From Camelus dromedarius (Eukaryota): a DNA stretch of 64,000 bases. The position numbers were made by a program, and so were the translations under genes. Shown here piece by piece: positions 39,695-54,795 of the stretch. The DNA is taken from assembly GCF_036321535.1 (NCBI RefSeq), contig NC_087436.1, forward strand, positions 65,102,001-65,166,000. Reading direction: 5' to 3'. The notes beneath the pieces were generated by a model. It ran no database searches. It was given only the letters and a program-made list of their open reading frames with translations, and had not been told where the DNA came from. How positions within the stretch are numbered: position 1 is the stretch's first letter; the number at the start of each line of letters is the position of its first letter.

Positions 39695-42600
39695 AAACCT
39701 TCCAGAGGTGTGGAGCACAGAGACTGCTGATGGAAGCAGGAGTTATTTTTCAGTGGCTAATAATTCTATTCTGCATTTTCTCTTCTGCACAATGAAGAAA
39801 CTTGCATCTACCCTAAACATTTCACAAAATGTTATAAGGATCACATGACATACTATATACTCAATAATAGAAAACTTAAGGAAAATTCCACAAAAGAGTA
39901 AGCAAACTTCTTTATACTCTGAATTCATTTTATAAAATATTTTGTACCGAGTCACTTGCACTGTTTGATGTTGATGATGAAAAATACATTGTGGGATAGC
40001 CAATGAAGGTGGAACATTATTATTTTAGAGATATTCAGAAGCAGTAAAGGTCTGTTCAATATATAGTTTTCTACTATTGATGCTGAGCCAAATGCAAAGA
40101 TCCTTCTGGAAGTCAATGAGAGTTCTGAACACAAGCCAGAGCAAGATGAGAAAAATAAAGTAAAATGAGGAACTGGCCTGAAGTCAAGTTTTTAAAAAAT
40201 GAAAGTAAAACCCTCCGATATGTTCCCCTAATGGTGGATAATTGTATATTGTATTTTAGATGGTTTTCAAAGTGCCTTATTCATTCATTAGTCAGTGCAC
40301 TCTATAACCTTAGAATGAGATCAGAGTATTGAAAGACTTGTCTTTTAAGTTCAATTAACTTTAGTGTGGGAACACAGGTACCACTGAGAGAGTTAATCCA
40401 CTGCCTTTCATGGAACTTATATGAGAGGGAAGAGGAGTATTAATAAAAGGAATGCATGAGTTACATTTCAACTTCTTTTTCCTATTCTAAAATATTTTCT
40501 ATGGTGGACATTAGGGGAAAAATTACCTTTCTTACCATCAAAAATTCTATTTTCCAACTGTTTTTGCTCTTGAAACCTTGAACTCCTAATATAAGATTAT
40601 AAGAAAAAGACCTAAAGTCTACAGCACTGGACTTTAATTTCAACAACACCTTTAGTGTTTGAGGTTATTATAATAAGGTGGAGATAATATAGGGACACAG
40701 GCTGATTTCAATTTTCAACTCTGTTAGCACTGTAGAACTATTTAAAATTATTTCACACTTGTTATACCTACTTTTCAGGATGACATCATATACAAAATTA
40801 AGTTCTCAATTCACATTTTTAAATTGTTTTTCAGTAAGAGAGTCATTTTATCATTATCCATGAGTTACAGGAGTAAAGACACTGACTTTAGTTTGTCTGT
40901 GGTTCCCAGGAGCATGGAAGACATCAGTTACTCTTCCTGGCTAACTTCAGGCGTGGTACGAAGAGCTAAAAAGCATGGCACACTCTGGAGGAAAAATCTA
41001 AATTAAGAAAAGCTATTCACATGGAAAATTAAATAAGATATAGAGTACAATTTTAATATAGAAGGAGAAAAGAAAAAGAAATAATCATGAAAACTATTTC
41101 TTAAAAACTGTGTAGGATAGAAAATATTTCTCTTCATTTCATAATGGGTGGGAGATGTAGATAATATATTGGAAAGGTATCCAGAGCTAGGATTGTGACT
41201 ACTTCAGTGTACATAATCCAATCAATAAGTATTAATTGCTTTAAATTATTAAAGTAATAGAGATAAACAGTTTAAATTATATATTCACTGTTAGCAAATC
41301 AAGTAAGTGAACTATAAGTGAAAAAAGCTAATTGTCAAGTTTTACATTGATATTTTTCTTAGAAAACTAAGGTATATTCACTATTGAAAATTTGAAGAAA
41401 GTGGATAAGATTAAAAAAGAATAATATTTGTGGTCCTCACCTTAATATACCTTACCTGGAGAGGACCACAGTTCACATTTTAGTGTATTTCCTTCTGTTA
41501 TTTCTAAGCATATGTACTATATATGCACATTTCTGCCTTATTCTTTGCACTTAACACATTTTGATGTGTTTTAATAAAATTCTTCAATTATCTTAAGATT
41601 CTTTGGCACATTTTTTATTGACATTGGGTGTCTGTAACACAAAAGTACTTATTTGTAATTTTTAAAAGTTAATTTAGACTTTGATTTCGTTGTGTATTAA
41701 CAACAACCCTTTGAAATAGATAAGCCAGAAATTATCTCCATATTTTTCAGAACTGAGACCTAAGGAATCTAACTGCCAAGATGGTTGAATCTAAGTCTCC
41801 TAAATCTTGGTTGTATGCTTTTTCCTCAACATTATGAGATACATTTGATTATTAAGTCTCTCTGGATGGGATCCAGGTGGAACATACCTTATATCGAAAA
41901 AATATAATGTCAGAGGTTCAAATATGGATTCATACTTTTGAATGGAATTGATATAATGAGAAAGAAAAGGATTTTGGCTTAACATGCAATCATGTGTTTC
42001 CAAAGTCTATAAATCCTAAGTGTATTTTGGTCTGTTTTAAAAACAGCGATCAAATACTAATAAAATGTTTTGAACAACAGGAGCCAAAAAAGTTATTGAC
42101 AGTTTTTCAGTGTTGACATCCTTCCAAGCAATTTACTCTCCTTGGCAGAACACAGGAAGCAGTTCTACTCTTTAGTGACGAGCTAATATTTTAAACATAC
42201 ATCACAACCTTTTTCTTAACCCAAATGAAAATGGAAATAACTACAATTTGAAATAGGGACAGAGTATGGAAGAGCTAATTAAACTTTGGACAGAAAACTC
42301 ATAAAACTGTGGTTTAGAAGAGAGTAAGCAGGTTATCCACATTTAGCACACATTTCATATTAAAAAAAAATTATTTAAGGACACTTACCATCTGTCATGA
42401 TGCCACAGATGCAGAAGATATGAACTTCAAATGCTGAAAATAGATGGGACTTATGCAAAATTTTTTGTATTATTTTTAAATAATTAGTTGATAACATAAT
42501 TGCAGTGTGCTAAAATTATCTGTAATCTTTATTTTTAAAGATAAATATTAGTGATTTGATTAAGGCAGTTAAGAAGGTGAATTAATTATTGCTTTGTTCC

Positions 42601-42850
42601 TGTCAGTGTAGTGTGTCTTGCTTGGTATAGATCATAGAAACACAAGAGTTTTAGCATGTAGTTGCACTGAGAAATAAGATTAATTATTGAAGGATAAAAG
42701 GAACAACTAGTGTCAGAATAGTAGGGGAACATACAATAGTCAGTGTTTGTAAATTACACAGGATTATGTCTTTTTCACAGAGGTATTCTAATATCTATTA
42801 CATGTCTGGGTCAATAAATATTTGTTGGTTGAATGAATGAGTGCATGTAT

Positions 42851-43728
42851 TTTTATCTTTTTTATTGTAGTATATAGTCAGTTTACAATGTTGTGTCAAT
42901 TTCTGTTGTGCAGCAAAGGTTGCAGTCATACATGTACGTACATATATTCATTTTCATATTCTTTTTCATTATAGGTTACTACAAGATACTGAATATAGTT
43001 CCCTGTGCTATACAGAAGGAACTTGTTTTTTGCCATTTTTATATAGTAGTTAGTATCTGTAAATCTCAAATTCCCAATTTATCCCTTCCCACCCTCTATT
43101 CCCCAATAGCCATAACTTTTTTTCTACGTCTATGAATCTGTCTGATTTGTAAATAAGTTCATTTGTGTCTTTTTTTTGGTTTGTTTTAGATTCCACATGT
43201 GAGTGATATCGTATAGTATTTTTCTTTCTCTTTCTGGATTATTTCACTTAGAATGACAATCTCCAGGTCCATCCATGTTGCTGCAAATGACATTATTTTA
43301 TTTTTATGGCTGAGTAGTATTCCATTGTATAAATGTACCACAACTTCTTTATCCAGTCATCTGTTGATGGACATTTAGGTTGTTCCCATGTCTTGGCTAT
43401 TGTTTATAGTGCTGCTATGAACATTGGGGTACGTGTATCTTTTTGAATTAGAATTCCCTCCAAATATATGCCCAGGAGTGAGATTGGTGGATCATTTGAT
43501 GAGTCTATTTTTAGTTCTTGGAGGAATCTCAATACTGTTTTCCATAATGGCCACACAAAACTACATTCCCACCAGCAGTGTATGAGGGTTCCCTTTTCTC
43601 CACAGCCTCTCCAGCATTTATTGTTTGTCGATTTTTGAATGATGGCCATTCTGACTGGCGTGAGGTGATATCTCACTGTAGTTTTGCTTTGCATTTCTCT
43701 GATAATTAGTGATAACTGAGCATTTTTC
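42851..43728 (-). mobile_element. Young LINE-1 3' end (~880 bp) with TSD
   Basis: ORF 43404..43739 encodes the ORF2 C-terminus ([37 protein letters not shown]). T-rich tail at 42851. TSD AATGAGTGCATGTAT (42836-42850) versus AATGAATGCATGTAT (43729-43743). Confidence 0.95.
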
Positions 43729-45039
43729 AATGAATGCATGTATCAATGCATTAATTCTATATTCCAAGAATTCCTAAGAGTCTGAATTGATAGTGTTTGC
43801 TACCAGTTTTGATCTTCATCAGGCATTTTCTTTTTTTGTTTCTTTCTTTTTTTTCCCCCCTATATTCAGGGAAGAAGCACACATTTAGAGAATAACCTAA
43901 ATTGATCAGGATAAATTCTTTTGGTAAGAAATGGAAGGGGAAGTTGGAGTAAGAAATGGGGTGAAGTAATAAATGGGGTACAGTAGGGAAATAACTACTG
44001 TGAAAGCATGTAGAGACAAACTGCTAAACTAACCCACTGCCCATGTTTATATGGTTCTCTTTTTCAAAATTAGTATGGTCTCCCAAAATTTATCTATGTG
44101 CTGAGTCACTGACACAATGCAGAGTATTATTTTTCCTTAAAAAGTCTAAAAACTATGCTATCATTTTAATAGCCAGGATCTGCTTGTCTCAATGACATTA
44201 TTGAGAATATTGAATGCCAAAGATTTCTTTCAAGATTCTATAACAATACAGGTACAGTAAGTAGTTTTGAGAGAAGAAAAAATATTGTTCATTCCTTGCC
44301 TCCAAGCTGATTCTGTAATTCTTGGTGGTGATGCTACTACTGTTCCAAACAAGCAAACAAGAAACACTGGGCACAAAAGATCAAGTGAGAATGCAGCTCT
44401 CCTGTATGTAATGTACTTTAAGAGAGTGTTCTTTGAAGAAATCTTTGATATATGAGCACCATCTATTACTTTTTTTTAATACTTTGCCAACTTGATTAGA
44501 TTTTCTAGCAATGTTTCCAAGAATGGTTCTATAAGGAACACTTCATGGAATTGTGTCAAGCCAAAGGAGCTATTACATTGGGGACTGGAAAGAGCGGACT
44601 GCGATACATAATTCTGTATATTTGGTGTAAATGATCTGTTTTATTGAAGTGTGGCACCTAGTTTATCTGTCTGGTATGGCATGGGTGTCGTTTTCATTCT
44701 CCAGAGGTTCTGTATCTATTGTGTAACATATTGCATGATTACTTTTGTAAAATTTAAGTGATTTTTAGCCATGATTTTGAGGTAACCCAAGAGTAATTAA
44801 CTGCCACATTTTCCACTGTGAATCCCTAAAAGTTAATTTAATTATTGAGTATTTAGAAGTGAAATGTGAGAGGGAGGAGAAGACTGAAGAGCTGGGTTAA
44901 GGAGAGGAGTGAAGAGCTAGGTAGAAGAAAATGAAGTAATGTGCCTCTAACCATGGAGTCCTGAACTTGGAGTAGTTCTAAGGATCACTGCCTTTATTTT
45001 GTATTCTGTGTATTTTGGTATTTACATGAAATTTGGAAC

Positions 45040-45290
45040 TAATAAAAGGGAGACAGTGTTTTCTAGGAAAACAGTCTGCCTGTGTTCAAACTCTAGCTCT
45101 ACCACTAACTAGTGGTGGGATCTTAGGCAAGTTACTTGTCTGTGTCTCAATTGCACATGTTTAACATGAGATAAATTATATCTTTGGGGTTTTTGGTGAA
45201 TATTAAAGAAGATAATCTATATGAAGGAATTGATACAATGTCTGGTCCAGGGTAAGAGATGAATACATACATAATGATAACCATTATTAT
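45040..45290 (+). mobile_element. MIR SINE, near full length
   Basis: ctgcctgtgttcaaactctagctctaccactaactagtggtgggatcttaggcaagttacttgtctgtgtctca. Confidence 0.8.
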
Positions 45291-46362
45291 TGAAAGGGAG
45301 GAGAATAATGACTAGATAATTTCTTGGAGGACATTTGATGCAGAGTAGCACAAGTGTCCTAAATGAAGACCAGGGCTGTTTATGGTTATATTTCTGCAAG
45401 ACCAATGATATATTATACAAAGTAAAAGCAGTCACCAATATTAAAAAAAAAAGTACCGTCAGTTATTTTCTCTTTCTATTCAAGAAACTTCAATCAAAGC
45501 CCACATCTCTAAACTTAATGTGAATATACCTAGGTGTCAGCTCCATTAGTGGTTACATAATTTTCACAAGCAACCTAATGTAATTCTAGAAGAAACATCA
45601 TTTTGACTCATACTTGAATTTGTGTATCACAGCCAGAGAAATAAATGATATATTAGCCCTTGTGTCATTGTCCTTTGCTGAGAGAGAGAATAAAATATAA
45701 CTATTATTTCATTGTAATTCAATAGATTAGGTAAACAGAAGTCTGCATCCTTTTATGCCTCTGAAATTGTTCTATGCACTGGGATGATATCTATCCTCAA
45801 GAAAATTGAAATCAAGTGACGGAGGCTGGCAGGTAAACATAATATTAACAAATATTGTGAAATATCAATTCAGTTCATCTCTTGGTAATCTAAAAAGCAC
45901 ATTTATTCTTTAAAAAGAGACAGTATTTTATTGGAAAACATTTGAGGCCAGTCAAGTGTGCTCATTTCTCTAATTACCAGAATGAACAACGGGTCAAAGG
46001 TAAATTTGAGAAACACTCAGTGTTTTTCTATTGGTAAAGCACTATGTTAAATAGGATCATATCCTTTTAGTGTCTGTTTAGGAAATAAGTAAAAATACAA
46101 TATTTGCTTTTGTTGCAGAGCAAAACATTTAAAATGCTGTAATAAAGATTAACGTGCTATATGAGTAGGCAGAAGATGTTTCCTTTTTTTAGTGGTAGAT
46201 TGGATTATGCTTCTTAGGTGAGATTTTTCACCTTCAAGGAAGAATAGGAGTTCAACTCCTTAGTAGGAGATCAGGTAAGAGAAAAGGGGGACTGCTGTAA
46301 AAGAGAACAGCAAGAATAAATGGACAGAGATATAAGAGTACAGAGAGAGTTAAAAAATTATA

Positions 46363-47075
46363 GACTATAATACCAATTCATATCCATGAGAATGGCTAAA
46401 ATAAAAAAGGATAGACAATAATTAGTGCTGGTGAGTACGCAGAGAAATTGGAACCCTCACACGATAGCCAGTGGGGTCAAAAAATGGTATAGCCACACTG
46501 GAAAACAGTTTAGGAATGCCTCAAAATGTTAAACACGGAGTTACCATGCTGTGCAATTCTAGCGTAGATATATACCACAAATAATATGAAAACAAACATC
46601 CACACAATTATGGCAACATTATTCACAATAGTTAAGAACTGGAAGTAACCCACATGTTCATGAACAGTTAAATGGACAGAATATTATTTGGTTATTAAAA
46701 TGCATCTCTTATTCACACATGCTACAACATGGATGAACTTTGTAAGTATTATGCTAAGTGAAAGAAGCGAGACACAGAAGACCATACCTTGTGTGATTCC
46801 ATTTACATAAAAATGTCAAGAAGGGCAAATCTAGAGAGACAGACAGTAGCCTAGTAGTTGCTAAGGGATGAGGAGGGGGTGGTAGCGAGTAAATGGGAAG
46901 TGGAATGACTGCTAAAGAGTTTGATGGTTCCTCGCAGGATGATGAAATGTTCTAAAATCAGATCATTTTGAAGGTTACACAAACTTGTGAACGTACTAAA
47001 AACCATTGCATTGTATACTTTAAAAGGGTTAATTTTATGATATGTGAATTCTATCTCAATAAAGCTGTATAAAAT
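46363..47075 (+). mobile_element. L1MB-like 3' end
   Basis: gagaatggctaaaataaaaaag...ttggaaccctcacac...acatggatgaactt...tatgctaagtgaaagaagc...tgtgaattctatctcaataaagctg. Confidence 0.88.
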
Positions 47076-47224
47076 ACAGACTGGTATTGGAGTAAGAAGG
47101 ATGAAGTCTGTATTTTGAGATACATTTGAAAAATAGGTTACAACCGACTTGTGGAGATTCCATGCAGAGATCCCCAATTTACTTCTGTATTCACTGGGGA
47201 ACAATTGCAGATTTTAAAAACATG

Positions 47225-47452
47225 GTGCTAACACTCATACCTAATATGTTACGAGTGCTTGAAAATTGCCAGGATCTGATCTAAGTGTCTTATATGAACC
47301 AAACCTTAATTCCCTCAATAGTCCTATGGAGTAGGATACATTATTATTATTCCCAATTCACAGAGGAGGGAATTGAATCCTGGGTGGTTTAAACATATTG
47401 GTAATTAGTGGGAGCACCAAGATCTGAACTCCCAATCTTAATACCTATACAG
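47225..47452 (-). mobile_element. MIR SINE
   Basis: ttaattccctcaatagtcctatggagtaggatacattattattattcccaattcacagaggagggaattga. Confidence 0.7.
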
Positions 47453-50400
47453 CAATGTCTTTTGACATTATCAGAATTGCATTTTATGAAGAACACTCTC
47501 GTTGGAGTGTTTAGGGTGAATTAGTTTAGTCTCTAGTGGCTATTACAGGTACAAATAAAAGATGTGAGCAACATATGGTGATTGTAGTAGAAAAATTCTA
47601 TCAGAACAGTTAAATTTGGATTCAGTCTTTGGTGAGGCAAAAACATTTATCTGAAACAGAAATAAAAACTGTTCATAAAAGCAGATCTGGCTTGAACTGC
47701 AAAAATAAGTCCAGAGTGACCATGACTTAAGTTTACTTCTCTCATAAGCAAAGAATATTTCCAGAGTCAAGATTTCTAAGGAAGACTTAGTAAATTTAGA
47801 AAAAGCTGACTATTAGTGGCCAACTATTAAAGAAAACATGTTTTACCATTAAAGATTCATACATATAGGAGGGATCCTATTTTGTATGCTGAACCTAATG
47901 CTCCTGGTAATTACAGATCCACCTATTTTTGTTCTACCCTATCCTCTGTGGGTTGTTTTACATGCTTTTCTTAGTAGGGTGGAAAGCTCATAAGCTTTAA
48001 ACTATGGCTTTCTCATGACACAAATGTTTTCTCAGTCTTTAAAATACTTTGGGGAACTCTTAAAATTGTATCACTGCCTGTTTGAAAAACCAACCTGGTG
48101 CTAAATGTTAATGTGCTATTTTACACTGCAGCTTCATATGTTACAGCCCTTAAATAAACACCCCCGTAGAAACACCAAATCAAGTTGGATTATGGAGAGG
48201 CAGTAACTTTTTCTCCAAAGCATAGAGATATAAAATATTAGGTATGTGTCCTAGTTTTCAAGCTGAGAAGATGGTATCCAATGTCAAAGAACGCTCTGAG
48301 TAAGAACTCAGCAGCCCCAAATTAAAAAAAACCAAAACACTATAGACAACAGCAGCAATAAACAATGAAAACTTAAGTATTTAATAGTAGAAGAAAAATA
48401 GGCAGAACCACCAAAAAATAAACAACAGGCTTGATTGGAAGTGGTGGTCTTCTTAATAAGGCAGAAAAAAATTAAACCAAATTAAAAAAAATTTTAATTA
48501 AAATTGAAGAGGTTTTCAGTATTACTTGCAAGCTTTACTTATGACCAAATAGAAAGCCAGAGATGCTTAAAAACTTTTCTTCTCTGTGATGCTATGGTAC
48601 TTAGAGTTCAAGGTTATCACTACACATGGAACTTGGATTGAACTGAGCGGTTCTGTTGTTTGCAGCCCTTCAAATACCTGGAAGAAATCAGTCTTACAAG
48701 CCAACTGAGGTGCTTTTTCCTACAATTGAGAATTCCTACAATTCTGTTAGGTTACATTATAACAGTTCATTTATTCAAAAATAGTGTGAATTTTGTGTAG
48801 GCATTGTGATAAACAGTGGTCATGAAGAATTAAAAGGGGCAGCATGTGTCATCTTGTTGCTCAATACCTAATAGGAGTGATCGTCTAGTAACTAATGGCA
48901 TCACTGCATCATAACAATAATGAAAGTACGCATGTATTTGTGTGAACACATTAAAAAAAAAACTTAGGAATGAGTTGGGTTTACAAGAGCAAAGGCTTTC
49001 AGAAAATAATGACATTAAGGTAAGATTTCAAAGTTATTCAATAGTTAAAAGGGTTGTGTGAGAGAGACTAGAAAGTTCTAAGAATCTTGGCAGCTTATTT
49101 GTGCACACAAAAAATAATATGGCAGTTTGAAAATCACAAATACTTTGTATAATACGATGGGGTAGGTTTATAAGTCACTCAGTTATTAATTCCAAATCAG
49201 GTATGCAAAATACAGAATTAAGTGACGGTTTTTAGAAATAAAAATGGTTTTAAATTCCTTAACTACTGGTTGCCAAATATTGTTATTTCCAAAATCAATT
49301 ATTTGAATCAGAGTTGAATATGCAAAACTTGACTAGTAGTGTTAACTTTAGAGGAGAATATATATGAATATTCACATTCAAAAAGAGAAGAACTGTTCTG
49401 AAGATAAACTTTATACATAATTTGATTTCCATTTTGGTTTTATTTCTCTTTTGATCCTTTAATCTGAAATGTTTCAACATGAGCATGAAGTCTTTCTCCT
49501 CTGGTTAGTTCTTTGTGTCCTGTTCACATCATCCCAAAAAACACAGACACCTGTGTTTCAGAAATGGATGATTCTGTTTCCATTTTCACTTCAATGTGGG
49601 AATGACTTTTTCCCCTAAAAGGGCTTAAGAAACTCTCCCTTCATCCAAGCAGACCCAAAATGCTGAGAGAGCAGACAGAAAACAAAGAGAATGCCCTGAC
49701 ACTAATTAGAGAGAAATTGCCTCATTATGCAGTCAACTCTGGGATGAACAAAATCGTACTTTAAGCAAAGCCTGAGTAAAGATTGAGATTTATTTATAAA
49801 AATTCTTAAGGAAGGAAAAGTTGCATCTCACTAAAGACCAGGCCACTTCAAACTTCTAGCAGAAGATTCAAACTGAATGAAAGCTAGTCTCTTAACCATA
49901 AACAACTAGTACTAGTTTTTATAAACATAATATACTCATTGGAATATTTATCTTAAGTGAGGCTTATTTGTCTCCAAGTGTGCTGCTTGTTATGATATCC
50001 CCGATTTATAAATTTACCAAAGTAAATCTTCATTGTCTTAGATTTTTTTACTAGAAAAGTCTAAATAAAAGAAAGGTAACAAATTATGTTATAATATTTA
50101 AATGTTGAAGAGATGCTTTGTATATAAAAACTCTTGTGTTCTCATTCTGTTTTTGTCCCTGATAGTAATTTGACCATTAGGTTAGTTTCATTTTGTCAAT
50201 GAGAAAATATAGGCAAGAAACTAAGAACCACTTATTTAAAATCTATGAAATCATCTGGCCGTATAATTGCATAAAGTAAAAAAAAAAATACAAACAAATG
50301 TTAAATTCATCCACAAATTGGTAAGAGTAAAATGAACTATTCATATTTGAACTCTGATTAATAAGCAAATGCTTTTCTTTGCTCATTAAGCTTTCATGAT

Positions 50401-52394
50401 CAGAAACTTATTATTATTCCCTTTCCCTCAGAGTATTCTCCAGGACAGTCTCTTGTTCTTTTTTCATTATAATCTTACAAAGATCTGCAGAGATAATGTT
50501 ATAAAGAAGCATCATATTGAGGGGTTAGAATTTTGGATCTGTGATTATGACATATGGCTAATAATAAACAAAACATGAGATGGACTTGTAAAGGAAACAA
50601 GAAGAATGTTTCTTTTCTGCATTTGTTTTCTTTTCTCAGTTTTGAATACTGGGAAGAGGCTAGGATGGGAGAAATGGTCAAGTCTAATGGTCAAAAAATG
50701 GAGAAAACCAGAATTTCTGAGAAAGGAACTGGATCCAGATTTTACCAATTATTTGACCATTATCACCTGCCAACTGTAACTAAAAACGCAAGCATCGAGT
50801 GTTATTTAAAAATGGATGATACATGGCTTTATGTAGGTTGACCGAGTTTTTTTCCCCCTTGGCATTGAATGGAGGCTTTACTTTGAATGAGTATGATTAT
50901 TTAGGCTTTACATTCTCTTTCAAATCCAAAGATATGACTCAAGTGTTAATTTAAAAATCTTTTGGATGTTTAGGTTTCTTTCTCATTAAGAGAAAAAAAA
51001 TAGTATTAATTCCTAGTTTATATAGTACATCTGCATTCTCTGTGATGTCAAATTGCTGTGTTGTCTTATAAAGTATTTTAAATGTCACAAAATAACAGTG
51101 ATAACAAAGGTCATTGTAATGCTGGATTTTTTTAGTGCAAACCTAACTGAATTATTGGATTAATTTCTCATGTGAGGGAAATCTTTGAGAGGAGAGTGAA
51201 GATGTCTTTTGCTTAACAGTTTATGGCTCTTACCTTTTTTGTTTCTTGGATTAATAGCCTCTTTAATACACAAGTTCAAAATGCTTGCTTAATTTGATAA
51301 ATAAAGCTGGGCTTTGGACTTTTTTTAGTGAAGTGTTCAAATAAAAAGTAAAATATTAGGAAAAAAAGTAAAATATTAGGAAGTAAAACATAATTTAAAT
51401 GTTTTGGTAGGGTAATTCCTCATCTCAACCCAAGTGCAGAACAACCCCCAACTTCCCTATATGTACCAAGATGGCTGTTGGGTCCGGGGTGTGTCTGGAT
51501 GACTCAACAATAAGTTGAGCAGAAGGTCAAGACCCAGTGACAATGATAAGCCGGGCTCTCCAGGGAGGGCACAAGAAAGAGACACAATGAGAAGGAGGAT
51601 TAATAATAGAAATGCTAATATGGTCAAAGTACGTTCATCTTCACGAGTTTCTTCAGTCTCATTAAATATCTTCCTGATATCTAGGTAATTCTGAATTCAT
51701 CTTTAGGAATAATAAGTTGTCTTATATAGAAAAGTAGCAATGAATTCTATTGTAATTCCACCACAATATTTATTTCTTTCCAGCAAGTGCTCTCAATGTC
51801 CATTTGTCCAAATTACTCTAACTGATGCTCATAATAAAATTATATTGTGAAAAATTAGGAGTGAATAGACTCCAAATCAGAAACAAGTGCACAAAGCAGT
51901 GCAGGGTTATTGGTTTTCTAAATATCAGGGTAATATGCTAATTACATTATGCATTCTTATGAATACAATTATTGGTTACCACTCTTAGCTCTTATTTTAC
52001 TTGGAAAAATTTTAAAAGATATAGTTGCCTAAGAATGTTATGAATTGACTGGTGATTACTAAATGAAATAAAAAAGCTGGTGAGACAAGTCAAAAATGAG
52101 AAACTAATTTTAAAGTAGCACTTAGAAAATGTCTTTTTTATATTTAAAACTATAGTTAAACTAATTACAATGATTTGAAATTCTCAGTATTTTTCTCTTC
52201 ATCAGGTGGAGAATTTTAGAAAATAAAATTTATTAATTTGTGTTGGCACATTAACAGGTATTCCTGTTTGATGAAATATATATATTTCTTATTTCTCTTT
52301 TATAGGCAATTACTCTTCAATTGTTGCTTGTGCTTTTAATCATATTGTTCAGTAATTGATACTCTAAATTTCAAGTGTCTTTAGTGTCCCTACA

Positions 52395-52560
52395 GCTGTT
52401 TTGAAACCTTCTAGCCAGCCACTAAACCTCTTTAAGCTTCATTTTCTTTATCTGAAGTGGAATTGAAATCTTAAGTCTTTGGTAAAGATTACAGACAACG
52501 TGTGTACCGTACATTACCTATCCTAATGGTTGTCAGGTAGTAATCTGCACAATAAATATG
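52395..52560 (+). mobile_element. MIR SINE
   Basis: cactaaacctctttaagcttcattttctttatctgaagtgg...caataaatat. Confidence 0.55.
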
Positions 52561-54795
52561 CATATGAAATACTGTTATTTAAATAAATTTATTATTATAT
52601 TTCAAGGAAAAAATAAAATATTTTTTAAGTTGAGAGAGAAGTTGGAGAACAAGATATTTTGTTCACCTGCCATGGCAAGTTTTGTTTTTCTAGTAAAGGA
52701 TGTTAAATACAGCATAATAATGGTAGACAATAATGGTAGACAAAAAAGTTCTGCTTTGCATAAAAGATGAATTAATTGACTTTGGGTTTGGGTTAGCTTA
52801 ATTTTTAAATTATTTATTTGTTTTATGTTTAAATTTTTTTCTCCTGAGTAAGATAAATGATTTATCTGTCTACCCTCGCTTATTCAGTGACTCCTTTGAT
52901 TAACAACACATATTTCTGAGATAACAAGAATAGGAGTTCTTTGTATGTTAGGCATTGAAAACAGCAAAGAAGATAAAGGAATAGTTATGGGAAGAGCCTC
53001 CCTAAATTAGCACGATGCAGTAAGCATTAGAAGCTCAATAACATGGAACATGATTGAGTTTATTAGTAGCCCTGTGACTTAACAAGGTTATTTTATAACA
53101 AGCCATTGTTATTTTGCTGTGTTTCACAGTCTTTCTTGAGTGTGGCATATGCAAATACAATCAGAGGGGAAAAATGCTGTAGCTTATGGCAATGTGTATT
53201 ATTTAATTAACGATGCCTCCAGGTAGCCCAATTAAATATGGCACACCTGAGGGGCCTGACTGATAAATCCAGAATCAGTAGAGTCTCTGAAGCACAGGAA
53301 CCTCCAGAAGACATAACAAAAACTAATAGCAGTTATTTCCCACTTTACATGAGCGCAACATCCATCACAAGGAGAGGAAACAGCCTCTGAGGCCTTTTTA
53401 ATGAACTGTCTTGGGGAAAAATATCTGATCCACAGTTACATGGTGAAAAGGCTACAACAAAACATTTTGCGTTTCTCCTTTGCTTACATCGCAAGATAAT
53501 GTCACAAAGACATGGCTTTGAGACTGTTTAGCTGATATCATTGTCTCTTAAACACAAAACCTGAATTTGAGGACAATAAGAAAGAGCACGTGTACACAAT
53601 GAGAGGTTTTTACAATCATATTTTAAAGTTATTCCACAGTAGCTCTGGCAGCATAAAAAATACTTTTTTGAAAAGAAAAATCAAATAACAAAGATCCAAA
53701 TGCCAGAAAAACAAAAGAAGAAAAATATAAAATTATATTCAGTAGTCTTACCAATTTACATGGGTTTCAATAGAGGTTCATGCATAATGACATTAACAGG
53801 TATTGACAGATCCATGGTGCCATTCAGCAGCTTCTAAGGAGCGTCATGGGAGCCATGAAGATACAGCACTAATTTCCCTGCATCTGTTTTCTTTTTGAAG
53901 GATTCCAAATCATATACTTTGTCTTTTGCAAGTGTTCTCTCATTAGGTTGGAGTTTGTATTTCCCAAGGGTTTTGATAAATCTGCTTGATGTATATTGTA
54001 AAATATTCATATTGTAGGGTTTACACTTCTTGGTACTCACTTAAAGAGTAACTTCAGTTTTGCATTTCAAATTGTACTTTTGCTTTCACTTTCAGCATCT
54101 TAATATCTTGAAAAAGAAATAAAATATTCTTTCTTAAACAATTGGCTAAATCAAGAGTAAATCTACTTGTACTGAGTCTCCACTAAATTATCTCTATGCA
54201 ATATGTAATTTTAACATTCTTTGCATTTCTAGGAAATAGAAGAATTTGGGATATAAACCAAATAGTCAGTAAATAGGGGAATTTTAAGAGATAGAATTAT
54301 GTTGAGTGGTAAGTCTTAGATTGCATTTTAACATTTTAAACATTTGGTTCATGTTGATTTTATTTAAAATATCTTTCCTTAGGAATTTATCTAGATATTT
54401 GATACATAACACATCATGAGAGATTAACGAGACATTTCAAAATTCAATTAAAATCTACTTAAGCTCATTAGTTGCTGTAAAATATTAACACAATATTGTA
54501 ACAGCATTACAATTATTACAATGTTAACATTAACTATTGTAGTAGTCAACTTACAAGCTAATAAAATATTAAGGTTATAATTGTATTCGTTTTAGAATTT
54601 TGGTCTTACCCAATTAACTTTGATTCATTTTTTTTGAAGGGGTAAGGGTGGATTGGGGAGTGAACTGAGATGTTAGCAAATTCAAATTCTTATGTTTATT
54701 CCTTTTACAACATCCTTAATGCTTGTATTCTTATATTTCTTTTTCACAATAATTCAACTTTATTTCAACCTTCTATCTCATAAGTATCTAATTGT

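Noticed and set aside
49904..49917. 14-bp palindrome AACTAGTACTAGTT
   Set aside because: Several are expected by chance in 64 kb of AT-rich DNA.
51343..52741. Short direct repeats (aaaaagtaaaatattagg twice at ~51343-51380; aataatggtagac twice at 52716-52741) as an array or CRISPR
   Set aside because: These are two-copy slippage duplications with no spacers, in a mammalian context.
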